Positions 11,092 to 22,608 of a stretch of 50,426 nucleotides of DNA are shown here, one piece after another. A model generated the notes under the pieces. It saw only the letters and a list, made by a program, of their open reading frames with translations, did no database searches and was not told where the DNA came from. The stretch is from Convolutriloba macropyga (taxonomy: Eukaryota): contig NW_027450919.1 in assembly GCF_964194025.1 (NCBI RefSeq), positions 1 to 50,426 of the forward strand. Reading direction: 5' to 3'. How positions within the stretch are numbered: position 1 is the first letter of the stretch; each line of letters opens with the position of its first letter. The position numbers and the translations under genes are program-made.

Positions 11092-13677
11092 ATGAAGACT
11101 GTCGACAGCGATAACGGCCAGTCTCCCAGCTTCGGCCCCTCGTTGTCCATGTCCGCAGGTCACCTCGCGTTACTAGGCCCACCGCAGACGGCTAGCCCGC
11201 TGTCCAACCTCGAGGTGAAACTCCCTGTCCGGCCGGGGTACAGGGCTACATCAAGAGCTGCATCGGCAGATCCTGTAGAGGTCGGGCTCGTGCCCTGGCA
11301 AGTTGAGCTCTCATCGTTGTCAGCTAGCAGCAACACTATCAAGGAGGACCCAAGTCGTCGCATGGGATTACACTCAACCCCCAGCAGCTCCATTGCCAGG
11401 CCACCGCTGCGAGGGGGGCGGGTGAAAGGATCTCCAACGCATATTAATGGCACACGCTTAGCTCCGACACAGGGGGGTAATCGTAGCATTTCTCCAAGCG
11501 GCCGGCAATATTTCTCCCAGGGCCGTAGGAGCCTGCAGGTCCCGAGGAAAGACACATCCTTTGACCCTCCTAAGAGACAATCAATGGATATGGGCCAGCT
11601 CTCCAGAGCCAGGCACTCGCTTACAAGACCTACGTATGGACGTAACACTGCAACTCCATCACCGCACCAGAGAGTGGCAGCTGCAGGGAGATGGTCACCC
11701 GATCCCATGCCCACCTACAAGCTGCCGCTCAGGGACCACCTTGATGCCACGCGGTGTGTTCCTGCGTTATCAACGTCGCCACAGGGTGCTGGCACAGCTC
11801 ATGTCCCAGCCCTACCGGCCATCACTAAGCTGTCAGTCTTTAGAGACCCGGAAACCGCGACGGCTGGTCAGGAGCCTTCCGGCACCCTGCAACGTCGGCC
11901 TGTATCCAGCAAGCGTGCAGCTTCCAGACAGCCGGAAGATTTGGAGGCAGGCCAGGAGCCTTCAATGCCAGGCCAATTCGACCCTCGTCAGGTGATCTGC
12001 TCCCGCTTGCCACTGAAACAGGTCTTCTCCAAGCCGCTCCCCTTTCTCGCTGCATGCCCAGACAACGTCGGTGTGCGGGCGTACCTGTGCAAGTATTACG
12101 CGGTATGCGGCAGTGGGTGGAATCTCGGACTGTGTTGAAGCGCACTTGTGTCCATGCAGGGAGCTGCGAATTTCGAGTCTACTGTGGTGGAGCTGTTTGG
12201 GCTGACACCAAGATCGGTGCGTCTTGCCTCTTCCGCTCTACTATAAGTTCCCGGCACTTTCTGTTTTGCTCTCAATACCACACCCAGTGAGCATCCAATA
12301 ATGGCACCTGCAAAGTTTCCTTCTCTATACGCATGTGAGTCTGACACGCTTGCCTGCGTTGTTTCGCGCTGTGGCTCCTCCTGCAACGCTTCAACAGTAT
12401 GCTGGCTCGTCACCATGGTGGAGCTACAGCTCAGGGTGATTCCCCTGCCCTGGCCATGCCCCATGAACGACCAGCGCCCCCATAACCTGCCTGCCAGCCC
12501 TGCCCTGCTGTGGTGATGGGATTCACATGTTTGTGCAATGGCGTACGTTTTCTACGGGCACGACTCAGCTATGTTGTGGCTGTGTGGCCGTGTCTGTGCA
12601 GAGGAACGCAGCAGTGGGGCCATCGGGAATCAGCGATAAACTTTGATGAAAGGATTCAAATCCGAGCATCGCAGCGGCAGCACGGCAAAGCAGGGAGCGA
12701 CCTTCAACCGTTTGTGGAAGGCGATGGTGACCCGGACAAGGCGGAAGCGCCGGGGCCCCAATCTGCGCCGTCGACGATGCACCATCTGAAGCGATTTGCG
12801 AGGGCAATCGTCAATGCATCGGCGCTCATGCCTTTACAGAGCAAATCCATCCGGCGGCGGAGGGAGAGCCTGCCGTTGGACGATGATTTCGCGGCAATGC
12901 AGGACGCCCAGGCCGGAGAGCACCGAGCTGGGCAGGGCCCGCAAGGAGAGGACCTCCCGAGCCTAGAGGATATTGCAGCCGATGGTGAGTTCTGGCTTGG
13001 CATTGTTGGGTTCGTCATCACCGCGGTTACGCAGGGGTCGATCAGGCGTAACGGCGTTTCAGGCTCTTTGAGTGTCACACCTGAGTTCTCTTGGCTGGGA
13101 TGTGTCTTCGGCACGCAGCCTTGAAGGAGCGCCAGCTGGAGGCCGTGTACATCTCCTTCTGCCTGTATGGGAAGTGGGACGCCGCTGCCATGGTGGTTCC
13201 TCACAAGTGCAATGGCATGAAGGAGAACAGCTTTCTGGCGCTGTGCCGAACGGTGGGCCTGGTTGATGACTTCCGAGCGTCGCCCGAGAACTTGAGGGCG
13301 GTTCACAGGGAGTTCAGATCCAAGGTGGGCGCCCCAGTGCCCATCACCAGTGCATCACCTCCAAAGCTGTCTGCACAGAAACCTGCGCTCTTGCCTCCTG
13401 CGACATTCGTTCCCAAAGATCGTGACATGTGCCGCGTGCCCCTCAGGACACGTCTGCGCTGCTGGACTTTTCCGGATTCATTTTAGCGCTGGCGGCGGTC
13501 TCAAGGCTGCGGCAGCGCCGAATCGAGTCGGTCCTGAAGGCCATACTGGATATCAACAGCGAGGGTAGGCTGTACATCCACGTGGACGCGAGGAGGAGGT
13601 ACAGGCTCCATGGCCAGCGTGGCGCGATGGCAGGGCTGCAGGCTTTGGTAACCGGTGCGCAAAAGAGTGCGGCATAG
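11092..13677 (+). CDS. Protein with long S/P/R-rich disordered N-terminus and C-terminal p25-alpha (TPPP)-like domain
   Basis: Exons 11092-11991, ~12612/12615-12984, 13119-13324 and 13447-13677 are phase-consistent. The spliced C-terminus LEAVYISFCLYG...MKENSFLALCRTVGLVDD..SPENLRAVHREFRSK-DTSALLDFSGFILALAAVS follows the p25-alpha pattern (L..F..F..FG...M....F.KLC.D..L.D....D.D.IF.K.K......F..F..AL). Confidence 0.68.
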
Positions 13678-14651
13678 ACACTGGTGCCCCTGTACCATAC
13701 ACAAACTATGCGCACGGCGAGGAGAGGTCCTACATGCTCTCTGCCTCAAGACGATCTCTGTACCATGCCCACACTTCACCACCGCGCAAAATTGAATCCC
13801 AGAAAGAATTTGTGTATCAGTAGTAGCACATGTCAAAAGCAGCACAGTCTTAGAGCACGTGCTGCGATTCTAAGAAATGCAAGAGGATTGCCGTCTTAAG
13901 AATTACAGATAGAGTGTCCTTCCCTCAGGCTCCACCGCCAGTCTGGTGTGCAATCCAATTGCCCTGCAGTGGAGTGCGTGGGCTAAAGGGGGGAAGACGC
14001 GGGGGCACGAAAACAGTTCACAGACTCAAGCTGAGCACCTTGAGCCCAGCACTCCAGGAGGGCACGTAAGTTCTGGGAGGGCGAGCCGCTGGCAATTTGG
14101 CTCCGCCATTTGAGGAGCAGTGTGGCGGCGCCCAGCAGCATTACACCTCCACCTTTCATTTTCACTGCCCGACCTGTATTGCATGCGACTCCATGGGGTT
14201 TCCCCAGTACCTCCCTCCCTGCCTCCCGTTCAGCAGATCAGCACACCGCCCAGGGGGTACGTCCCCCTGCCCGCCGCCAGGCCCTTCGCTTCTCTTGTCT
14301 CCCCATCAGCCCAGCTGTCTGCCCCTCTGACATCCGACTCCTCGCAACTCAGCGGGGCCGACCGAGCCAGCAAGGCATGCATTCCAGCACATGCGCAACG
14401 AAACTAGGCAAGGACGAGTTGGGCCCACATTCCTCCTTCTCGCCTCTAAGGAGAGGCGTTGTGTCCTGCGCCTTCTTGGTGCAGGACACAACATGTTTAC
14501 CCACCGGAGTCCCATAGCGCCTACATGAAGGGTGATCTCCCATCCAGTGCAGGTCTGTGACGGCGGACCCATGCTCCGCAATGGAGCGGTGGACGCCACG
14601 GCACGGCAACTCTGCCTGCGAGTGCAGGTGTCCTGTGATAACAATTATGAA

Positions 14652-14656
14652 TTACA
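14652..14656 (-). promoter_or_regulatory. Candidate TGTAA polyadenylation signal of the dehydrogenase gene
   Basis: TTACA on + (TGTAA on -) about 200 nt downstream of the stop codon. TGTAA is the established chlorophyte poly(A) signal. Similar motifs follow the transposase (22104) and the zinc-finger cargo gene (25673). Confidence 0.35.
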
Positions 14657-14849
14657 GCCATGTATTCATTGTGGTGTAACGAAAATCCTAAACTTGTCTA
14701 GTCTGTATCGGTCTGGAGCCACTGGGAGCCACCGCATGCTGTGCTGCTCCACAACTCCTGAGTCAGAGCTTGGCGTTGCAGCGAGCTCTGTTTCTTAGGC
14801 CAACCGCAATTTTTTCGCGGCGAGAGCTGCCAGTGCCCCGCCTTGGCAC

Positions 14850-16379
14850 TCACGCTGTCTCCTCGTACGTGAAGATTCCCCCGTACTCTGCGCGCACAGC
14901 ATTCAACACGTCTGGCCGGTCCTTGACAATGACCTTCTTGCCGGCTTTGGCAATGATAGAGGCAACCACAAGCTTTTGTGACTCCTCGATGATTGGCACA
15001 GAGCACGGCTCCTTGAAGGTTACAGTCTCAAACTCGTACGATTTCCTGTCCTCTGCCAGCAGCTGCTCTGCCTGGAGCTGGGCATGCACTTCGTTGCTCG
15101 CGTCAGTTGCACGTGAGAGTAGAGGAGGGACACCGATTGACTCGGCGTAGCCAGCGAGGGCGCGGTTGTCACGTGGGAAGCATGGGCCTCCGAATCCCCA
15201 GCCTGGCATGAGACACTTGGTGCCTACTCGGGAGTCGTGGCCGACTGCCCGGAGAATCTCATCTGCATTTGCGCCTGGGGTCTTGGCAGCAATGTCACCA
15301 ATGGTGTTGGCATACGCGATCTTCATTGTAACATAGCAGTTGATAGAGATCTTGCAGATCTCAGCACTGGACGGGGCCATGCGCTGAATGCTTGGCTTGT
15401 TGTCACAGATATTGTGGTACATAGCTTCAAGGGCGTCACCGGCCTCGGTGCTGCCCTCACCAATGAGTACGATGTCAGGATTCAGAAAGCCTTTCACGAT
15501 AGCGCCCTGGGCAATAAACTCGGGATTATATGACAGAGTGCAGTTGGTGGTGTCCCTGATAAGGTGGAGGCCAATGTCGCGGATATAGCCGGGCAGAACG
15601 GTGCAGCAAATGACGATGTGCTTGTTGGCCACCTTGGCGCTGTTGATCTGCGTCAGCACTCGGCCGAGCTTAGTTACGTCGTAGTGGCGCTTGCCACCGG
15701 TAGAGGGGGTGTCGACCAGGAGGAAGATGAAATCCGAGTGCTCGAGGGCCGCGTCAAAGTCGCAGGTGGCCCACAGGTTCTCGGCCTTGGATAGCATCTC
15801 CTCGACGTGCGGCTCGGAGCTCTTGAGGGTTCGATCGTTGATGGCTTCCACATAGTCCGGAAAGATATCCACTCCAAGGACATTGTACCCGGCCTTTTCG
15901 AAGCAGAGAGCGGTGACCAGACCAAGACGTCCAATGCCAATGATGCTAACGTTCTGCTTGTCGCCATTAAACGCGAAGGCGTGTCGCCTCAAGCCGCCGC
16001 TAGGGGACGGCAGAGTCTCGACGGGCGCCAAGTTAGGACGGGCCGCGAAGCTCGTGCTCCCGGCTGTGTTGTTTCCGTGGACAATGTTCGCCATGGATGC
16101 GACTACTCGTGCACAGATAGGGTGGATAGGACCGCGCCCGCGTGCCAAAGCAAGATCACCTAGGGTTCCTGCGTTACAAGCGGGGACAACCAACAGGGTC
16201 AACACCAGGCACGTTGCGGCAAGGCCTCCAGATAGAGACAGAGCACCATTGGAGACAGGTATTTTCAGTACGGAATATTTGGATTGACGGCATTGACGGT
16301 CTCCGCACCTCGAGCCTTGCAGGAAAGTCAGGGCTTGGAGGACATGCTGTCGCGGTTGTTGACGGGTTTCCATGGCCAT
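14850..16379 (-). CDS. UGD: UDP-glucose/GDP-mannose 6-dehydrogenase family protein, intronless
   Basis: Rossmann motif SIIGIGRLG..ALCF..AGYNVLGVD, plus LLVDTPS, CTVLPG, SYNPEFIAQG, SAEICKISIN and the catalytic GFGGPCFPRD. The start may be 16379 or the internal ATG at 16094 (MANIVHG). Substrate specificity is not established. Confidence 0.93.
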   Translation of the reverse strand: MAMETRQQPRQHVLQALTFLQGSRCGDRQCRQSKYSVLKIPVSNGALSLSGGLAATCLVLTLLVVPACNAGTLGDLALARGRGPIHPICARVVASMANIVHGNNTAGSTSFAARPNLAPVETLPSPSGGLRRHAFAFNGDKQNVSIIGIGRLGLVTALCFEKAGYNVLGVDIFPDYVEAINDRTLKSSEPHVEEMLSKAENLWATCDFDAALEHSDFIFLLVDTPSTGGKRHYDVTKLGRVLTQINSAKVANKHIVICCTVLPGYIRDIGLHLIRDTTNCTLSYNPEFIAQGAIVKGFLNPDIVLIGEGSTEAGDALEAMYHNICDNKPSIQRMAPSSAEICKISINCYVTMKIAYANTIGDIAAKTPGANADEILRAVGHDSRVGTKCLMPGWGFGGPCFPRDNRALAGYAESIGVPPLLSRATDASNEVHAQLQAEQLLAEDRKSYEFETVTFKEPCSVPIIEESQKLVVASIIAKAGKKVIVKDRPDVLNAVRAEYGGIFTYEETA

Positions 16380-17454
16380 GCATGCTCGTTTGTACTAGTA
16401 CTCGAAAATGAGAATGGTCGCACCCCAGCCGGCCGGGCCGGCAATCGACCGTCCGGGGCGCGGTGAGTCGGTGACCTCCATATTATGTCGTGTAGGGTAC
16501 AGACCGTACAGTGCTCCTACAGTACCAGTACTACAGCTTGCTCCTTCCTCCTGCTCCTACGAGCGTCGAGCACCCAGCTACTGGTATACCAGGAGCTCGT
16601 ACATAGATGTGTGCATGAGGATTGTTACTGTGGGGCCGAGGCCGAGGGGGCGGCCTAAGAAATTGCTAAAGGGTAGTACAGTACTAGTACAACCTTCTAC
16701 CTCCTGCTTCTACTCGCACAATAAAAAGTAGTATTTACAAAGGAGCCATGGCCTACGGGGCTCAAACCGCTCAATGCTAGACTAATAATGCCGCAAATCC
16801 ATCCAGGTTGGAAAACCACAACTGCAGAAACTCATTTACAAGAAAAGATTCTGTTCCTATTTATTTTGAAATCCGAATATTTGTGACAGAAAGGGATATA
16901 TTAAGAGTATAAATGAGAGATTATTATTCATTGGGGATTCACTCCCATGACAGTTTTTTGATTCTCAACAGGCACCCTACCCTACTACGAGTACGGGTAT
17001 AGAGATAGTGACAATATTTATTTCGATCTACATTGTACGCGGCCTCACGGCGTACGGAGCGTACGTGTCCGCACGTACCAGATCGCAGGGCGCCAGAGCC
17101 GGGGCCCCATGGGCGCCTGTGTAGAGATATGCCTGGAGAGCCTGTAGGCCGTACCTGTACCCTAAAGCTAGGTAGGGCCTTTTACCAGGAGGACCTGGCC
17201 TTATCTGCTCCGTTACATCTTTGTTGTACGAGTACATGCGAGGATATGATCCTCCTGATACGTACTCGTACGGGTACGCAGTACGCATTACAATTATATT
17301 GTTAAAGAATCCACGGTATTTAAATAATACATACACTGCAGTACAATACTCAATAGAGTATGTATCGACTATCCAGTCGGGAGTCGGTACCTACCCTACA
17401 GTACCCTACGTTTACAATCAGGGGCGCGGGCCCGCGGCCCAGGCATGCATTTAC

Positions 17455-17672
17455 GGATGTGGGGCAAAACAGGTGGGTTTGTGTACCGCTCCCACCACTT
17501 TTGCCCCCCTTTCGTTCGAATGAATCGTACTTCATATACATATTGTATGTAAACAAATACAACAGTGTAACTTCATATACTGTAAACAAGTACAACAACG
17601 TTCCCTGTCCATTTTCGAATTTTTGAAGGAGTGGCAGTCGCAGGCCGCAGTCTCGGCCCACGACTAAGTCGA
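17455..17672 (+). repeat. Left terminal inverted repeat (218 bp)
   Basis: Reverse complement of 29029-29246. No mismatch found by eye; pairing breaks at 17454/29247 and 17673/29028. Confidence 0.95.
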
Positions 17673-17844
17673 CGCGAAGCCATCATGCGGCAAGTCGTGA
17701 GAAGCAATCCACTTCAGTCGGCATAGGCAGTGCATCCCCTTCGAAAAACTTCGATTTCATCGGAACCTATGTATTGAGCGTTGCCGCGGTTATCAAGCTT
17801 TCGGCAGCTCGGCTGTTAGTACCGGACTTAAAGAAGTACCTAAC

Positions 17845-20800
17845 ATGGTAACGGCGAGAGTTAGAGCTGGCAACACTGCCTTATCGCGACATTTGCGCAA
17901 GCAAAGACGTGCCGGCCAGAAGCGGCGGAGTCAATCGACCCATTATTCGGATGGCGAGTCTGAGGATGGAAGTATAGATCGTGATTCGCCTGTCTTTGTG
18001 CCTTGCGGCGATAGTGAGCCGGACGAACCCGCTGCGTGCGATCATTGCACCTCCTTCGGGCCGGGCTCCGCAGTAGCGGTAGCATTGCCCATATCGGAGA
18101 GGCTGCAGCCCGCAGAGCGGAAATTGGTTTACGTCTCTCCGGATAAACACGAGGGCCATTTTCTCGTGGCAGCCCATAAGACGACACGGTATCATACGAG
18201 CCCACGCGAATTCGTTTTCGTGGGGTTCAGATTCGTACAGTGCCGAGGGGAAACGGTGTTGGTGGGGTGGTGTAGCGCTGATAGAGACTGTTCGGAGAGA
18301 TCATATCGAAGGGAGATGTTCCCTGAGATGGACTTTCCACACATGGATCCGGCAGAGATAGCGGAAGAAAGCCGGCTATGCCCGTGTGCTGCGAGGCTGC
18401 TGAGGAGCATGGGGGGTCCAGAAAGCTTGGAAGTCAAGCTTGTGATGGATGCGGTGGAAGCTCGGGAGCAATGGGAGGACAGTGAAGCGCTGATCGGACA
18501 TTGGGAGCTGCAACGCAAGCAATACTGCTGCATCAACCCGAGAGATCAAGCTGGCAGCGTGTTTGGCCAGTGGGGAGTGGTGAGGCAGGTCAAAGACGGT
18601 TTCCTCTGCACTATGTGTCAAGGAACCCCTAGGCACTGCATGCACACCCAGGTGCTCATGAACGCGGACAGCGGTCTACGAACTCCTATAGCTATGCCCC
18701 CAGAGGAGATGGATAGAAGGATCAAACGTGCATTGGACCCGTGCACTGGAAGGTTCCGTGTTGGCACTGTCTCTAAGTTCCCTCTCCCATTCTTCCCAGA
18801 GGATGACCCCGAAGTCCTACGAAAGCTCAAGGGTAGGTGGCTAGCACACCGAATGCACAGCGCCTGACATGGAGAGCACGGCATTTTTGTCAAACCACGG
18901 CTGAAAGGTGTTCTGCTATGTTGCATAGAGTTTGCAGAAGGACAGCGCCTACCTCCAAGACTCGCGCCTTCTCATTGGCCAGGATGTGAGACAGACGGTT
19001 GCTGTCGTTGTACCAACCCCTTGGAGAGAACGCAAGAGATGACGGTGTACTCAACATGTGGCAAGCAGGTGATTTCATACACCACACTTGTGTGCAGTGA
19101 GTGTGGCCATGAGATGGGAGTGGATGGTCTGCAACATGGGATCCTCATCCTCAGACGTGACGTAAGTGCAACATGCTGCCCTGTATTATGCCTGCATATA
19201 CCTGTAGTATGTCTGCTCATACCTGTCCTACATGCCGTTTATGTCCGGTTCTAGTACTTGTAGTATGTTTTAGCGTACTTATCTGACCTGCAGTGTGCTT
19301 CTGAACATCATACTTGTATTATGATAAAGCATACCTATCCTGACTGAAGCATATGTTTGTCTGTCATACTTGTAGTATGCTCTGCATTCTTATCTTACAC
19401 CCTGTAGCACCTGTCTATTTATCATACTTGTAGTATGTTTTGGATGCTTGTTCTCGCTGCTGTATTTGGGGTCTCGAATACTTCACAGCATACGTTTCGT
19501 CCGAGTGTGCAACATGTGTATGGAATTGATATTTCTAGTATGTCGACCTCCGATTAATGCAGATTGCCTTCTCCCATGAGCTTCTTTATCGATGGCAGTT
19601 CCATTTTGCCGTAAATGATGGCGGCTATTACTCGTATTGGAGAGGGGTGTTGGCCGGGTAAGTGGGCTTCCACTGATGTCGTGCTTACATCCCGAGTTAT
19701 GCTTGCCATTTGAGCAAGCGATTGTTACTTTGCATTGTATATATTCTCCTTAGAAATTGGCAATTGTGCAGTTACACTTGGCCAACGGGCACCACCCATT
19801 TGGAGCTGCGAAGGGAATTCGAGCGTACAAGAAAGTCCTTCACAGATGCAGTTAAAGCCTTCATCAGACTGCAAAGCCTACCGTACGGCGAGATCTTCCG
19901 TTGCAATTGCCAGGTAGGTACTAATCTAAGTGGTTACGGCATGACTCGTAGCAGAGGTGCTCAAACACGGTGAAGTATGCACAGACATATTTGGAATCTA
20001 ATCGATCGGGGTGCTCTGTATTATTAGACTTGAGATATGCATAGGCGTACTTACGTAAACTATCAATTACTGTACTTGTGATACCCCTGTACATACGAAT
20101 TCCACAGGGAGGGGTTCCCCAAAAAGTTCAAGCAGACGGAGTCTCACTCTCCATCAGAAAGTCGGCATGCTCGCTACAGCGCCCCTACTTGCCAAGCAAG
20201 TCGGATATCCTTTGTACTTCCACAGGTATGTATTGGCATATTACCTGCTTGTTGAAGACCCATTGTGTTTTGGGGGTTGACGGTTCATGGTTTGAGGTAT
20301 GCGAACGGTCGCAGGCTCAGCCTTCACAGACAGAGTCTTCATCGCCAACAAGACCTTGAGGAAGGAATTGATAGGGTGTTTTGAAGCGCACACAAGCTCT
20401 GGCGGCAGGGTGCGGGCAGGCGTCGTCCCAGACGCCGACACAATGAGCAGCTTGAAGCGATCGCTACTCTTGGATGAAAACGGGTGTGAGTCCCTGTGGC
20501 CCATCGTGCAGACAGCGTTTGGAGATGCCCCACCCGGCTCTGTGGTCCGGCACGTCTACATGGAGATCATACGGACACTGGCGACGAACGCTCCGGTTTG
20601 TCACCTCGTAAAGCCACATCTCTTCGAGATTGTTGACAACTTGATACATGGGGGGGAGCCATCCTTCCCCGATCTCGACAAGATTCACGTGCACAGCCCC
20701 GCTCTGCTGCGATTCATCAAAGGTGCTGGAGGTGCCGGCCATGGCCTGGATATTAACGTCCGACACCTTCTACGCGCCATGAGATACCGAGCTGAGGCTG

Positions 20801-22093
20801 CCTATGATGTCGGGGCAACTGACACTGAGGTATGTGTTTACATATTTCATTGCTACTCTGCGTCTCTGACTCCAAGTATCTCTTGACATAACTTTGCTCG
20901 AGATGCTCTCGTGTCACAACATATATCCTTCGGAATATCATACTATAGGTATCTCTTAACATATCTTGAATACTCCTGTCCTGTGATATGAGCAGACATA
21001 CTTCTCATCCAACTACAGTGTAGCAGGACTTTACGAATGGAATTAATTCCTGGCAGATTCCTGTGATATGAGCAGACATACTTCACATCCAACTACAGTG
21101 TAGCAGGACTTACCGAATGGAATTCCTGGCAGATACCTGAAGGCATGCGGAAAGCGGCGGAGGAGCATGGGGTTCAACGCCTTTCTGACCCTACCGGATG
21201 GTCCGAGGACGAAGCCTTCCTTCGAATGGGATTGTTCGGTGGTTTTGCTTCGACGCCCTACCAGCCGTCAGAGCTCGGCGGGAGCCACATCATCCGGCAA
21301 GTTCCTAGGTATGAAGCAGACGCCAAATCGGAAGAGAAAGGTTGCACCAAGCACAAGACCGCAAGTTCCAGTCATACCCCAGGTATAGTTTTGCGTATCA
21401 CCCCCTATGATACAGTGAACCATATTTCAAGTGTCAATTGATGTATTTCCCTGAGGTTGCAACGATCGTATGCAGGCATTATCGCCCACTGGTGCCTAGA
21501 CTGCAATATGTGCGTGGCTTGTGCCATGATGTCGGAATGCGAGAGCTCAAGGACCCTTTTCGACATGCTCTTTGCAATGTATCCCAATCCTCCTACCCTT
21601 GTGAGCTACGATAATGGGTAAGTATCGTATCCATATATCGTGTCTGCCGCCGCTCCCTTCCTTCCTGTGAGTTCGGCATCGTATCAGCATGTTTAATTCG
21701 TTCATATTACACATGCTCGCCAGGTGTAACCTGCATCAGTATATCCTAAATCGAGAACCCGCACATTTCAAGATGACGGAGATCGTGATTGACGAGTTCC
21801 ACGCGAAGAGCCACAAAGATTGTAGTATTAACTATAATTCTGGAGAGTTTAGATCGCGAGCTCGAAATTTCTCTCTGTGTGAGCAAAAGAATCGAGGCCT
21901 TGCGGCCATGGCGACCAACTTTTCGCACATGGATCAAATTTCTTTCTTAGAGTTATGCCGCTACAAACTCGCGGCTATTAACCTTTACCAGAAGGAGCGC
22001 AACTCCGTCTCTCACAAAGTCTTCTGGCGGCCTGCCATGCTCAATCTTCGCGAGTTCGAGGAGGGGTACGGCAGCTCTGGCGAGGAGGACTGA
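17845..22093 (+). CDS. KDZ-type DDE transposase with SWIM-like and CxC cysteine clusters, 9 exons, ~950 aa
   Basis: Exons 17845-18832, 18929-19161, 19563-19657, 19772-19913, 20108-20225, 20315-20829, 21133-21382, 21476-21617, 21724-22093 are all GT-AG and phase-consistent; they sum to 2853 nt with no internal stop. Motifs: CTMC..PRHCMH (SWIM-like), CCRC...VCSECGH..G.DG..HGIL, FRCNC..KVQADGVSL (first Asp), CTKH..HTPGIIAHWC, ESSRTLFD, VSYDNGCNL (second Asp), VIDEFHAKSHKDC, NFSLCEQKNRGL (Glu). This order is typical of KDZ transposases. Confidence 0.87.
20980..21134 (+). repeat. Tandem duplication (~80 bp x2) in transposase intron 6, duplicating the 3' splice site
   Basis: CTGTGATATGAGCAGACATACTTC(T/A)CATCCAACTACAGTGTAGCAGGACTT...TTCCTGGCAGAT occurs at ~20981 and ~21061. 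Confidence 0.9.
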
Positions 22094-22608
22094 TGCGCGA
22101 CGGTGTAAATATGACATTTGCCATATCTGAAATATGCATAACCATATCTGAAGGGCTTTTGTGTTACAGCTGAACTAATAGCCTCCTTGATCTCTTGTGA
22201 GTTGTGAGATCGCATGTTTTTAAGTGTTTGAAGTATGTCAATACGTACATTCCTGTTGGTGCACATCGATCCTGGCAACTAGCTATACTACACTGTGTAT
22301 AGCTAATCTACGGTGGGTATGGACAACCATACTTCAATTATGAATTCAGCTCTTTGGCGATAATATATACATCGTGTCGATAATAACATCTGAACTTGTC
22401 CTTGCTGTTAATAATGGTCGACATGTGGTTCTCTTGGTCGACTGTACCGTCAAGGTATGACATACCATATTACGCACGTGCGCGGGGCCTAGACGACAGG
22501 ACTGTATGTATCCATGGTATGTGCAGCCGTATCATGTGCAATCATTTATGCCCATTGTGCCCATTGTTGAAGTATATATATGTAGTGACATATTTATGAT
22601 ATCAAATT

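Noticed and set aside
15237-16411. Plus-strand ORFs overlapping the dehydrogenase
   Set aside because: Antisense shadows of a GC3-rich coding sequence.
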